A DNA stretch of 64,000 bases from an uncultured archaeon (GCA_964587725.1 CAZPLO010000001.1:32001-96000); one strand, 5' to 3'; positions 10,410-20,390 are shown, counted from the first letter of the stretch. Translations and numbers: made by a program. The notes: generated from the letters alone by a model not told the origin.

Positions 10410-10745
10410 TTATTCCGATTCAGCGTTCTCCTGCGCCTCCTGCTGTCCCTGTTCCCTGACACCCGCCTTCTCCAGCAGGTTTTCCGACATGGCTATGATC
10501 CTCTCCAGATTGTCTTCGATGCTGGTGAGCCGCTCCTGATTCTCGTGAGTGAGTTCAAGGGTTTTTGAGACTGTAACGTCGAGTTCGTCGGTTTTGGACT
10601 CCAGCGTGTGTATGCGGTCGTTTATCTGCTCCTTTGCTTCGTTGAACTCCTTGACCTGTTCGGCAATAATTTCCAGTCTGACGGTGGTGACACTCTTCTT
10701 CCGCCTGAATAACCCCCCCAACTTGTTCAGCAATCCGTCCAACAT
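10410..10745 (-). CDS. Short coiled-coil protein, FlaC/ArlC-like
   Basis: RIHTLESKTDELDVTVSKTLELTHENQERLTSIEDNLERIIAMSE resembles the FlaC coiled-coil pattern; upstream of flaH. Confidence 0.5.
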   Translation of the reverse strand: MLDGLLNKLGGLFRRKKSVTTVRLEIIAEQVKEFNEAKEQINDRIHTLESKTDELDVTVSKTLELTHENQERLTSIEDNLERIIAMSENLLEKAGVREQGQQEAQENAESE

Positions 10746-10793
10746 AGACCCGGGACACCCAAGAGTACTTACGTTTAAGCGTATAAAACGGCT

Positions 10794-11519
10794 TCAGCGG
10801 GGGCATACCAGCGAGTACCCGCGTTCCAGCTGGGTCTCGCATTCCGCCACCTTCATAGGGTTCATGAACGACCTGCACAGGCTCTCGTTGTTGAGGTTGA
10901 ACGCCACGCACATGATGCATTTGTCGTGTATCGCCATCAAGTCGATGTCCTCGCCGGGAACACGCTTGCATATCTCTGTGTCGTTGAGTTTCATCCCCAC
11001 CGACCCGTAGCAGTTGTATGTTGCCTTCTGCGTGGACAGTTTGTCGCATAAGGTGACGTTGGCTGTGCTCAACGCGAGGGAGAGGAAGCAGCGGTCTCGC
11101 TCCGCCGGGTCGGTTTTTTTATCGCAGAGTTTGACTGTCTGGAAGGTGGTGGTGTAATAGACTGCCACCGCCACCACGAGAATCAACAGCGCCACAACCG
11201 CCACCACAAACCATTTGGTGAAGTTTATCCGCTCCAGGATGTGTATTTTCCCGCGTTTCTCCTCCACCGTGCGATGGTACCCTGGGACGTGGAGGGTCTC
11301 CTTCGCCAGCACCTCCTTCGTCCTCTCCAGGCCGACGTAGTCGATGAAAACGTTTTTGATTATCCTGTTGAGGACCAGCTTCAGCTGCTCGTCCTTCAGC
11401 TCGTCCTCCGAGACGCCGGTTTTCTTGACCGCCTGGTCTACCTTCTGAACTCCATCGGGACCCTCGTAGAGTACGAACGCCTTCTTCCGGAGGTCCTCTA
11501 TCTTCGGGTTCATATACAT
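10794..11519 (-). CDS. Single-TM protein with extracellular Cys-helix repeats
   Basis: Central TM (WFVVAVVALLILVVAVAVYY), then RDRC..A..LC repeats. Confidence 0.7.
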   Translation of the reverse strand: MYMNPKIEDLRKKAFVLYEGPDGVQKVDQAVKKTGVSEDELKDEQLKLVLNRIIKNVFIDYVGLERTKEVLAKETLHVPGYHRTVEEKRGKIHILERINFTKWFVVAVVALLILVVAVAVYYTTTFQTVKLCDKKTDPAERDRCFLSLALSTANVTLCDKLSTQKATYNCYGSVGMKLNDTEICKRVPGEDIDLMAIHDKCIMCVAFNLNNESLCRSFMNPMKVAECETQLERGYSLVCPR

Positions 11520-11564
11520 GAGTATATGCGGTGTTTAATAAAATACCCGGCTTATATTCTATCG

Positions 11565-11993
11565 ATGAGTGGTCAGGCCTCGGTGGAATGGATTGTGATA
11601 ATGTCCGTCGCCATACTGGTGCTCGCCATCATGCTCTCCCTGAACGAAAACAGCTACCAGACGTTCAAGAGCAACGTCCGCGTGGGGAAGGCGAAGGCGG
11701 CGTTGAACGACATCAAAAACGCGGTGGACTTCGTGTACAGCCAGGGAACGGGCGCCAAGACCAGACTCTATGTCACGGTGCCGGAGGCCAGCAACTTCAC
11801 CATAACCACGCTGCCCGGTGGCGTGGGACACATACAGTGCATAGTGTATGTGCGCGGTCAGGAGGAGGTGTTCGACGCGTTCACTGACGCTAACATAACA
11901 GGGAGCATACCGTCGACATCTGGAGGATACTGCATCGACGTGGAATACGCGGAAGCGGCGGTCAGCATAACCAGGAGCAGCGGCTCGTGTTGA
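11565..11993 (+). CDS. Class III signal peptide (pilin-like) protein A1
   Basis: MSG|QASVEWIVIMSVAILVL; start re-set to ATG 11565. Confidence 0.8.
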   Translation: MSGQASVEWIVIMSVAILVLAIMLSLNENSYQTFKSNVRVGKAKAALNDIKNAVDFVYSQGTGAKTRLYVTVPEASNFTITTLPGGVGHIQCIVYVRGQEEVFDAFTDANITGSIPSTSGGYCIDVEYAEAAVSITRSSGSC

Positions 11994-11995
11994 GG

Positions 11996-12406
11996 ATGAA
12001 CGGGGGACAGGTTACGGTGGAATACATCATAATCACCGGGATAGTGTCCATTATCTTTCTGGTGGCGTTCAACTTCATATCCGAGGAGCGGAAGACCACG
12101 GCAGAGGACATCTGGTCCATGGACGGCGACAAGACTGCGGAGGCCGTAGCCCACGCCATAAACACCGCATACCTCGCAGGCGACGGCGCGGAAGTCAACG
12201 TCACCCTGCCTGAGAAGCTGACAGGTGGCTTAGACTACACGGTGACGGTGTATCGGCGGCTGGTGACAGTGGAGGTGCCCTCCTACGGCAGGGAGTTCGA
12301 GTGGAAGTACGTCACCGGCGGAGTAAATGGAACCACGGACGGCCTCACACTCGGCAAAGGCACGGTGACTGTTGAAAACAGGAACGGGACAATCTATTTG
12401 ACATGA
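11996..12406 (+). CDS. Pilin-like protein A2
   Basis: MNGG|QVTVEYIIITGIV. Confidence 0.8.
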   Translation: MNGGQVTVEYIIITGIVSIIFLVAFNFISEERKTTAEDIWSMDGDKTAEAVAHAINTAYLAGDGAEVNVTLPEKLTGGLDYTVTVYRRLVTVEVPSYGREFEWKYVTGGVNGTTDGLTLGKGTVTVENRNGTIYLT

Positions 12407-12918
12407 AATCTTCGGACAACAGGGGGCTGGTGTTGACGTTGGATTTAGTGGCGGCGCTGCTGCTTTTCCTGGTTATAATACTGACGGTTCTGTGGCTGTG
12501 GGGGCTTTCAAGAACCAATGTAACGGATTACCGGGAGACGGACGCCCGCCAGGAGAGGCTGCTGGCTGTGTCTTCCATGCTGGTCGGCACGGGGGGGCAG
12601 CCTCCTGACTGGCACCTCCAGGGATCGATAGACAGGGATAACGTCGACGCCCTCGGCCTCGCATCCGATCCGCACATACTGGACAGGAACAAACTGGAGG
12701 CGTTAGAGGCCGCAGACTACCAGGACCTCCGGGAGATACTGGGGCTGGGGGACGAAGAATTCAACGTCAGCGTAATAGAGAACTGGAGCGGCGACGCCAG
12801 GGTATTGTACAGCGCCGGCCGGACGGTGGAGTCTGGTGAGGTCAGGGTTTTCAGGCGCTACGCGCTGCTGAACGATACGAGGGTGGAGTTGAGGTTGGAG
12901 GCGTACTACGACAAATGA
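12403..12918 (+). CDS. Minor pilin-like protein A3
   Basis: NRG|LVLTLDLVAALLLF; GGQPPDW motif. Confidence 0.75.
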   Translation: MKSSDNRGLVLTLDLVAALLLFLVIILTVLWLWGLSRTNVTDYRETDARQERLLAVSSMLVGTGGQPPDWHLQGSIDRDNVDALGLASDPHILDRNKLEALEAADYQDLREILGLGDEEFNVSVIENWSGDARVLYSAGRTVESGEVRVFRRYALLNDTRVELRLEAYYDK

Positions 12919-13304
12919 AAAAAGGGTTCATACTCACCATGGACGCGATGGTGGCCCTCATGGTGGGGGCGGTGCTGGTGACCGGCATACTGTATTTCGT
13001 AACCCGCCCCAGCCACGACACCGGCGAACAAATGTATGCGGCGGCCGCTGACTTCCTGGCCGTGGGAGACAAGGAGGGCAGCATCGTCGACGCGTTGAAC
13101 GGCCGGCCGGGAGACGTCAGCGAGCTCATGTATTCGATGCCCCATAACCTGTGCCTCAACCTGACGGTGGTGAACGCATCAGGGCAAGTGTTTTACAGCA
13201 ACAGCAGCGGCTGCAACGAATCATACAGTTACGTGATGGCGAAACGCATCATAGTGAACGGCACCGACTATTACACAGCCAGGGCGAGGGTGTGGTCGAG
13301 ATGA
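12915..13304 (+). CDS. Minor pilin-like protein A4
   Basis: KKG|FILTMDAMVALMV. Confidence 0.75.
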   Translation: MKKGFILTMDAMVALMVGAVLVTGILYFVTRPSHDTGEQMYAAAADFLAVGDKEGSIVDALNGRPGDVSELMYSMPHNLCLNLTVVNASGQVFYSNSSGCNESYSYVMAKRIIVNGTDYYTARARVWSR

Positions 13305-14560
13305 GAGGCTACCTGTTCACCGCCTTGACGGTGTTGATGCTGGCGTCCCTGTTCGTATTCTCCTACTACTTCTACACCACAGACTACGCCTCCACCGCCG
13401 CAGACATACGAGCCGAAAAAACAGCCAACGTATTCGACGACGTCGCCTGTGACGTGGAGGAAATACTGGGGTTGGACGCCGCCGTTAGGGCGGGCTCGGA
13501 CACCGTATACGGGTTCAACGACCGGTTCCCCGCCGCAGGAATACCGTCGACCATACGGAACTACACAGACTACGTTGAAGGCGCGTACGCCACTGAAACA
13601 GCGGCGGAACTCTCGTTGAACGCTGGAGCACTGTCTTCTGCCACCGCGTCGGTGGACTTCACACTCCATCCGTTCAAGTACGCGTACGGTTACGGGAACC
13701 TCAGCAAGAAGACGGTTTGGTTCAGGAACCTCACCCTGGAGTACGAGCCCCTGGAATTGAACCTGACGCTCGACTTCCGCGGCGAGAACGCTAAAGACAT
13801 GATATGGACGGAGGCTGAAGACTACTCCCTCACAGGCGAAACAGTGGTGGACGACTCCGACGCGTCCGAAGACAGCTACGTAAGGGACTTCGCCTCCATG
13901 AACACGTTCATAGATGTGCCCTTGAACGTTAACTACACGTTATGGGTCAGAACAGTATACGACAATAGCAGCAAAAACTTCACCGTGGAAATAGACGGAC
14001 GGAATAGCAGCAGATTCGACTTGAGGGATGAGGGGGCATCTTCCGCGTCGTTCAAATGGTTCAACGACACCGACGAATTCAACCTCACCGCCGGGGTGAA
14101 GACGGTGAAGGTGCATTCACTGGGCGCCGGGACGGAGTCCATAGACGTCATCATGCTGACGACGGACTACCTCGACCTGGCGGACGCGCACAATACCCGG
14201 CCCCGAGACCCCTTCACATTCTACAACATAAGCGGTGGAGACATGGAGGTGAATGTGAAGGTGTTGTTCGACAACGCCAACCACACCCACACGTCGGATT
14301 TGAGCAGGACTGCGGAGTCGCAGTGGAACATCACATTCAGGGACGGGGACGGGGTGAACGTGCGTCTCGGAGGAGCGGATGGACACTACAGCAGCTTCAC
14401 CGCGGCATTGAACGACACAGTGAACTCCAGCAACGGAAACCTGAACTCTTCGGCGGTGTTCTCGGACACGGGCGACGAACGGTACGTGGACAGCGGCTGC
14501 ACGCTCAACCAGGCCGGCGGACTCGCTAGAACAGGAAGGCTGTGGCTCGCAGCCGGCTGA
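13301..14560 (+). CDS. Pilin-like adhesin A5 with CBM-like beta-sandwich
   Basis: MRG|YLFTALTVLML; WTEAED...YTLWVR...IDVIML jelly-roll pattern; start re-set to ATG 13301. Confidence 0.65.
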   Translation: MRGYLFTALTVLMLASLFVFSYYFYTTDYASTAADIRAEKTANVFDDVACDVEEILGLDAAVRAGSDTVYGFNDRFPAAGIPSTIRNYTDYVEGAYATETAAELSLNAGALSSATASVDFTLHPFKYAYGYGNLSKKTVWFRNLTLEYEPLELNLTLDFRGENAKDMIWTEAEDYSLTGETVVDDSDASEDSYVRDFASMNTFIDVPLNVNYTLWVRTVYDNSSKNFTVEIDGRNSSRFDLRDEGASSASFKWFNDTDEFNLTAGVKTVKVHSLGAGTESIDVIMLTTDYLDLADAHNTRPRDPFTFYNISGGDMEVNVKVLFDNANHTHTSDLSRTAESQWNITFRDGDGVNVRLGGADGHYSSFTAALNDTVNSSNGNLNSSAVFSDTGDERYVDSGCTLNQAGGLARTGRLWLAAG

Positions 14561-14594
14561 AGTTTTTATTACTGCACAGTAATGGTTTAGTAGG

Positions 14595-16334
14595 ATGGTC
14601 GAGATCAGGACTAAAGCGGACGCGCTGGTCGACGCGGTGAGGAAGTCCGAGGAGGGGGTGGGACTCGACCGCCTCGCAAAGGAAGCCGGCGTCGACGCAG
14701 ACACAGCGGAACGCTGGGTCAACCAGATGGAGGACATGCTGGACATAGACTACAGCATAAACCTGTTCAAGAAACCCACCGTCCGGATGAAAAAAGCCGA
14801 AGTCAAACGCACACCCAACATATTCCTAGACAGCGAAGGTGAGACCATCGAATCCTACGACATAACCGTCGACAAGGTCCCCGCGCAGATAATCATCCAG
14901 GACCGGAAAGGCGACTTCATGCGCACCTACTACGTTGGAATGCCTGTTTTGGGAGAGGGAACCCACACCCTACTCAACAACGTGGTTAAGGAACTCGCGG
15001 TGAAGGTGTCCACCCGCACCGAAGACATATCAGACCCCCGGAAGGCGTCCGAGATAAAAGGCAAGTTCAGGATGGAGGCGCGGCAGAGGATACTTGACGA
15101 GATGCCGGTTACGGAGGAGCAGGCCGACATACTCTCCGGGCTGATAATGCACAGGGTGTACGGCCTCGACGACCTGGAGATAATCCTGGGAGACGACCTC
15201 ATAGAGGAACTGTGCATAAACGCCGGCGACCTCCCCATCATAGTGTATCACAGGAAGTACGGGTGGCTGAAGACCAACGTCGTCGTGCCGGAGGAGAAGG
15301 ACATATTCGACTACGCCTCCCTCATCGGCCGTAAGGTGGGTAAGGACATCACCAACTTGAACCCGCTGATGGACGCCCGCCTCATCACCGGCGACCGCGT
15401 CGCGGCGTCGCTGTTCCCCATCTCCTCACAGGGGAATACGATAACCATACGGAAGTTCGCGCGGGAGCCGTGGACGATAGTGGACTTCATGAGCCCGGAA
15501 TACAACACCATCTCTTCCGAGATAGCGGCGTTCCTGTGGCTGTGCATACAATACGAGTTGAGCGTCATGGTCGCCGGCGGCACAGCCTCCGGGAAGACGA
15601 GCATGCTCAACAGTTTGTGCGCGTTCATACCGCCGGGGCAGAGGGTGGTAAGCATAGAGGACACCCGCGAGATACAACTGCCGTCGCACCTGGGATTGAA
15701 CTGGATACAGCTGACCACGCGGGAGCCGAACCCCGACGGCCTCGGAGGCGTCACCATGCTGGATTTGATTGTGTCTTCGCTGAGGATGCGACCGGACCGC
15801 GTGATAGTGGGCGAGATACGGAACCGGGACGAGGCGGAGGTATTGTTCGAGGCCATGCACACCGGCCACTCAGTGTATTCGACGATGCACGCGGACACCG
15901 CCATGCACGTCCGCCGGCGGGTGACGGAGCCGCCGATACAGATTCCGGAGGCCGAATTGGAGGCACTGCAGGTGATACTTACACAGTACCGTGACCGCCT
16001 GCACGGGATACGCCGCACATTCGAGATAGCGGAGGTCATACCTGGGACGAGGGAGCGGCGGCTGGAGCTGAAGTACCTTTACAGGTGGAGGATCAAGACC
16101 GACACCTTCGAACAGGTCGACAGAAGCAACCGCGTATACAACGACCTCAACCTGTACACCGGCATGAGCGTGAAGGAGATAGAGCAGGACCTGCTGGAAA
16201 AAAAGCAGGTGCTGGAGTGGCTGCTGGAGAACAAAGTCAACCGGATGGACGAGATAGGGCAGGTCATGAACATGTACTACACGGACAAGGACGAACTCAT
16301 AAACGCGGTCCAAGCCAAGAAGAAGATAGAATGA
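14595..16334 (+). CDS. Type IV pilus/Tad secretion ATPase (TadA/CpaF/VirB11 family)
   Basis: GGTASGKT, SIEDTRE, LRMRPDRVIVGEIR, HTGHSVYSTMHA. Confidence 0.92.
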   Translation: MVEIRTKADALVDAVRKSEEGVGLDRLAKEAGVDADTAERWVNQMEDMLDIDYSINLFKKPTVRMKKAEVKRTPNIFLDSEGETIESYDITVDKVPAQIIIQDRKGDFMRTYYVGMPVLGEGTHTLLNNVVKELAVKVSTRTEDISDPRKASEIKGKFRMEARQRILDEMPVTEEQADILSGLIMHRVYGLDDLEIILGDDLIEELCINAGDLPIIVYHRKYGWLKTNVVVPEEKDIFDYASLIGRKVGKDITNLNPLMDARLITGDRVAASLFPISSQGNTITIRKFAREPWTIVDFMSPEYNTISSEIAAFLWLCIQYELSVMVAGGTASGKTSMLNSLCAFIPPGQRVVSIEDTREIQLPSHLGLNWIQLTTREPNPDGLGGVTMLDLIVSSLRMRPDRVIVGEIRNRDEAEVLFEAMHTGHSVYSTMHADTAMHVRRRVTEPPIQIPEAELEALQVILTQYRDRLHGIRRTFEIAEVIPGTRERRLELKYLYRWRIKTDTFEQVDRSNRVYNDLNLYTGMSVKEIEQDLLEKKQVLEWLLENKVNRMDEIGQVMNMYYTDKDELINAVQAKKKIE

Positions 16335-17218
16335 GGGTCTACGCCATGGTGCTGCCTCAGGCGGCGGGCAGGAAACTCGGCAGCAGGTTCGAGTGGCTGG
16401 GGAGGATTCTGACGGACTTCACGCCGCAGCTGAAAAGCGACATCGTGCTGTCGAACATAGACATGACCGCGGAGGAATACATGGTGTCTTCGCTGGCGTC
16501 CGCGTCCATACTGGGGGCTATGATGTTCACCTTCACCTACCTGCCAGTTTATTTACTGGAGATGGTGCCCGGCAGCGAACTCATCGTTTCCATTGCGCCG
16601 GCGGTGGTGATAGCGTTGCTGGACTTCTTCATAATGATGCAATATCCTCGGATACTCGCCGTTAAACGGGCGGAGCTTATAGACCGAGACCTCATATACG
16701 CGCTCAAGGAGCTGCTGCTGAACATGAGCGCCGGCCTGAGCCTGTTCGAAAGCCTCCGCCGGGTGTCGGACGCCAATTACGGGTACGTGTCATCCGACCT
16801 CCGGGGGGTGGTGGAGAAGACCACGCAGGGGACTCCGTTGGACGACGCCCTTGAAGGCCTCGCCCTCCGGACGTCGAGCGAGTACATGAGGAACGCGCTG
16901 TGGCAGACGGTGAACGCGGTGAAGGCTGGCACCAGCGTCAAAGAAGCATTGTCGGGCATAATAGACGCGCTGGTGCGGGAGCAGACGCGGAAGATACGCA
17001 ATTACATACAGGAATTGAACGTCCTCACCATGGTGTATATGCTGTTCGCAGTCGCCGTCCCCACCATAATAACGACTGTACTGGTGGTATTGACTTCGCT
17101 GATGGGGACGGGGGTGGACGAGATAACCTACGTAACCGTCATAGTGGTGTGCATATTCATACAGGTGGCGTTGGTGGGTTTCATAAGGAGCAGGCGGCCG
17201 CTGGTCTACAGCATCTAG
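16331..17218 (+). CDS. T2SS-F/TadB-like pilus platform protein
   Basis: IDRDLIYALKELL, AGLSLFESL, YGYVSSDL; TM helices; start ATG 16331. Confidence 0.85.
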   Translation: MRVYAMVLPQAAGRKLGSRFEWLGRILTDFTPQLKSDIVLSNIDMTAEEYMVSSLASASILGAMMFTFTYLPVYLLEMVPGSELIVSIAPAVVIALLDFFIMMQYPRILAVKRAELIDRDLIYALKELLLNMSAGLSLFESLRRVSDANYGYVSSDLRGVVEKTTQGTPLDDALEGLALRTSSEYMRNALWQTVNAVKAGTSVKEALSGIIDALVREQTRKIRNYIQELNVLTMVYMLFAVAVPTIITTVLVVLTSLMGTGVDEITYVTVIVVCIFIQVALVGFIRSRRPLVYSI

Positions 17219-17535
17219 GCCTCCGGCTTCCCCATCAGGTTGGGGCTGCGGGGTTTCTTGTAGCCTCTGTCGTGGACGCGGTAGGATTCCTCGTTCAAGC
17301 CCAGTATGCTCACCAGCTCCGAACGCGCCACCAGAAACCTGCTGTGCCCGAGGAACGTGGACAGGTAGTCGGTGGTCAGACCGTTCAGCAGGCTCTCTTT
17401 TTCGACATCGCTCATGTGCTCGACGTCCATTATGCCTAGTTTCTTCATCTCGTTAACCAGGACCAATCCCCCGGACTTGCCGGACCACTTGAACATGAAC
17501 TCCAGCAGCTGTCTGCCCACCTTGGCCATCTTCAC
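17215..17535 (-). CDS. Small helical hypothetical protein coupled to KaiC-like ATPase
   Basis: Start overlaps stop of the KaiC-like gene. Confidence 0.65.
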   Translation of the reverse strand: MKMAKVGRQLLEFMFKWSGKSGGLVLVNEMKKLGIMDVEHMSDVEKESLLNGLTTDYLSTFLGHSRFLVARSELVSILGLNEESYRVHDRGYKKPRSPNLMGKPEA

Positions 17536-18239
17536 TTATACAGTACCTTCAATCCCTCCGACGATATGTCGTAGTCTACGAAGTTTTTGACGTGATTTGA
17601 GCCGCGCATCTTATGGACCTTCACCTGCCGCCCCCACTCCTCCCTGATTCGGAACAACGTGACGGAGTCGGCTAGGAAGTCCTCCATGCCGAAACGGCTG
17701 GTGTCGTTCGACGAATACGGTATCTCGGTGGTGAACACGGTGGTGATGCCCATCTTCTTCAGCGACACCATGAAACGGAACAGCTCCGCCCTGAATACTT
17801 TCTCGTCCTCGTACGCGATAGCCAGCGGCACCACGCTGTCCAACCCCAGGCGGACTGCATCGCTGTAGTTCAACTGTATGAACTCCAGCAGGTTCTCGAA
17901 GCGGAGCGGACTCTCCGGGCTCTCCACCTCGTCGGCGGTGTTCAACGCGTTGACACGTAGCGAGGACAGGTCGAACATGGTGAGCATGTCATCGTCCACG
18001 TCCTCCAGGTCGAGGCCGACCGTTTTGCTGTCCCTTACTATGTGGTCCCTCATCTCCTCCAAGGTAATGTAAACTCCCTTCTGCCCGTACTTCACCGCCC
18101 CGTTGTAGAGAAAGTAGAGGGTGAACAGGGTCTTCCCGGAGCCGCTGCACCCGCACAGCAGGTTTATGCTGTGGGGTATAAAGCCGCCCCCCAAAAGGTT
18201 GTCGTAGCCTTCAATGCCGGTCTTGATTCGCTCATCCAT
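17532..18239 (-). CDS. KaiC-like/RAD55 ATPase (single domain)
   Basis: RIKTGIEGYD..LGGG, GCSGSGKT, TLEE, LDSV, KMRGS. Confidence 0.88.
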   Translation of the reverse strand: MDERIKTGIEGYDNLLGGGFIPHSINLLCGCSGSGKTLFTLYFLYNGAVKYGQKGVYITLEEMRDHIVRDSKTVGLDLEDVDDDMLTMFDLSSLRVNALNTADEVESPESPLRFENLLEFIQLNYSDAVRLGLDSVVPLAIAYEDEKVFRAELFRFMVSLKKMGITTVFTTEIPYSSNDTSRFGMEDFLADSVTLFRIREEWGRQVKVHKMRGSNHVKNFVDYDISSEGLKVLYK

Positions 18240-18309
18240 AATAAAACCCCCCTTAGAACGTTAGATATTGAATGTTTTATTAAAATAACCGGGATTTAAT
18301 ACATTACCT

Positions 18310-19290
18310 ATGGAACGGACCTACATCCTCGCCTCCCGGATTTTCCCATCCAGGGTTAATAGAAGCATCAGCGACCTCCTCAGGTACTGCGGAAGCACCA
18401 TGACGGCCGAGACCTGGCTGGGGAGGGCCGCCATAATCAGCATCATAATATTCGTTTTAACGGCGGCGGTGTTTTTGTTCACCGTCCAAAACCCCCTGAT
18501 GGCCCTGTTCCTGGTATTGGTGGGGCTCCTGATATTCCACGTGGCAAACTACATGCTCCTGTATTTGAAGGCGGAGAGCAGGGCTAGGGCTGTGGAACGC
18601 GTTCTCCCCAATCTCCTGCAGCTGATAGCCGCCAACCTCAACTCCGGGATGACGCCTTTCCAGGCTGTGAAGGAGGCGTCTAGGATAGAGTTCGGAATCC
18701 TGAAGGAGGAGATAGACACCGCCATCGCATTGTCGCTGGGGACCATGCCTTTCCCGGACGCGCTGATGTACATGACGACGAAGGTGAAATCCGAAACCTT
18801 CAGGAACGTGATGGAGTTGTTCGTGGAGGGGATGAGGACGGGGGGGCCCCTGGCCACCCTGCTGAACGACATAGCAGACGACATAATAGAGAACCTGGAC
18901 CTGCGGCGGGAGATTGTCACGCGGAGCAAAAGCTACATACTGTTCATATCCTTCATCGTGGTGGTGGGGGCTCCGCTGCTGTCGGCGGTGTCGATACACT
19001 TCATCCGCACCATCACCAGCATAACAAGCACCGTCGCCTTGGACGTGCCGGAGGTGGCTAACGTGGGCGGCATAACATTCGGGCAGCTGAGCCTCACCGA
19101 AAGCTTCCTCACCACCGTGTCGGTGGCCAACATACTGGTGACCGCGTTGATTGCGAGCTGGCTGATTGCCATAATAGCGGAGGGCAGGGACAAGTACATG
19201 TTCAAGTACGCCATAATGCTGGTGCCGTTCTCCATGGTCATGTTCTACTCCCTCGACTACCTGATAGCGCTGGTATTGACCGTAGAATGA
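18310..19290 (+). CDS. T2SS-F/TadC-like pilus platform protein
   Basis: VERVLPNLLQLIAANLNSGMT, FGILKEE; TM helices. Confidence 0.85.
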   Translation: MERTYILASRIFPSRVNRSISDLLRYCGSTMTAETWLGRAAIISIIIFVLTAAVFLFTVQNPLMALFLVLVGLLIFHVANYMLLYLKAESRARAVERVLPNLLQLIAANLNSGMTPFQAVKEASRIEFGILKEEIDTAIALSLGTMPFPDALMYMTTKVKSETFRNVMELFVEGMRTGGPLATLLNDIADDIIENLDLRREIVTRSKSYILFISFIVVVGAPLLSAVSIHFIRTITSITSTVALDVPEVANVGGITFGQLSLTESFLTTVSVANILVTALIASWLIAIIAEGRDKYMFKYAIMLVPFSMVMFYSLDYLIALVLTVE

Positions 19291-20390
19291 AAATAGCGTT
19301 GATCTGCGAGTTCTTCCCGGAGTCCAGCGGCCGGGAGATGCGAGGGGGCGTCGAAGCCCGGACGTACTTCATGGGCAGGGGCCTGGCGAAACGACACGAC
19401 GTCACCGTATACAGCGTCAAAGAACCGGGGTTTACGAACACTTCCATTGACGGCATGGACGTGGTGCGGGTGGGGCCGGAGATGAAGTACACGCAGGCGT
19501 CGTCGCTGCCAGACAGAATCCGTTTCATGCGAGACGCCGCCGAGCAGGTGAAAGGCTTTGACGTGGTGGACGGAGCCAGCGTCATAGGCTACCCGGCCGC
19601 GTGGTGGAGCAAATGCCCCGTGAAGACTGTGACATACCATGACGTGTGGGTCGGACGCTGGATTCGAAACATCGGGTGGAAGGGCGCGTTCGGCGAACTC
19701 ATGGAACGATACGTGCTGTCGCGCCGGTGGAATCTGGTGACGGCGGTGAGCGAGTACACGAAACAGAATCTCGTGAAACACGGCGTAGACGCTGAAAAGA
19801 TTACGGTGGCGCCGAACGGCATAGACGTCCGCGAATACGCGGGGGTGAAGGCGGAGAAATTCGACAAACCCACCGTGTGCACGGTAGCGAGGCTGGTGAA
19901 GTACAAGCGGGTCGGCGACCTCATTCAAGCGGCTGCGAATATGAAGGAGGACGTACCCGGCCTTCAGGTGAAGGTTGTGGGGACGGGGCCGGAGAGGAAA
20001 ACCCTGGAGCGTCTCGCACGTGACCTCGGAGTAGATGCGGATTTCATGGGGTACGTGCCAAAACACTCCAGGGTGTTGGAGACAGTGAAGGCGTCGCACG
20101 CGTTCTGCTTGCCCAGCGCGGTGGAAGGCTACGGCATCACCGTCGTGGAGGCGATGGCGTTGGATGTCCCGTACGTGGCGTCCGACATACCCGCCGTCAG
20201 GGAGGCGACGCGGAACGGTTCAGGGGGCCTGCTGTATGAGACAGGCAACATAGGGAAGCTTGCAGACGGACTGAAGACTGTGCTGCAGGGAGGCGTTGAA
20301 GGCGGCGTGGACTTCATCGGCGAATACGAGTGGAGCCGTACGGTGGAGAAGGTGGAGGAGGCGTATGAAAGGGCATCTGACATTAAGTGA
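19287..20390 (+). CDS. GT4 family glycosyltransferase
   Basis: PNGID, VARLVKYKRV, EGYGITVVEAMA. Confidence 0.92.
   Translation: MKIALICEFFPESSGREMRGGVEARTYFMGRGLAKRHDVTVYSVKEPGFTNTSIDGMDVVRVGPEMKYTQASSLPDRIRFMRDAAEQVKGFDVVDGASVIGYPAAWWSKCPVKTVTYHDVWVGRWIRNIGWKGAFGELMERYVLSRRWNLVTAVSEYTKQNLVKHGVDAEKITVAPNGIDVREYAGVKAEKFDKPTVCTVARLVKYKRVGDLIQAAANMKEDVPGLQVKVVGTGPERKTLERLARDLGVDADFMGYVPKHSRVLETVKASHAFCLPSAVEGYGITVVEAMALDVPYVASDIPAVREATRNGSGGLLYETGNIGKLADGLKTVLQGGVEGGVDFIGEYEWSRTVEKVEEAYERASDIK

Noticed and set aside
14595-16334. MshEN c-di-GMP-binding motif in the pilus ATPases, or a PilZ protein in the window
   Set aside because: No RLGxxL-type MshEN motif seen in TadA or FlaI and no PilZ protein recognised, so no c-di-GMP receptor can be claimed.
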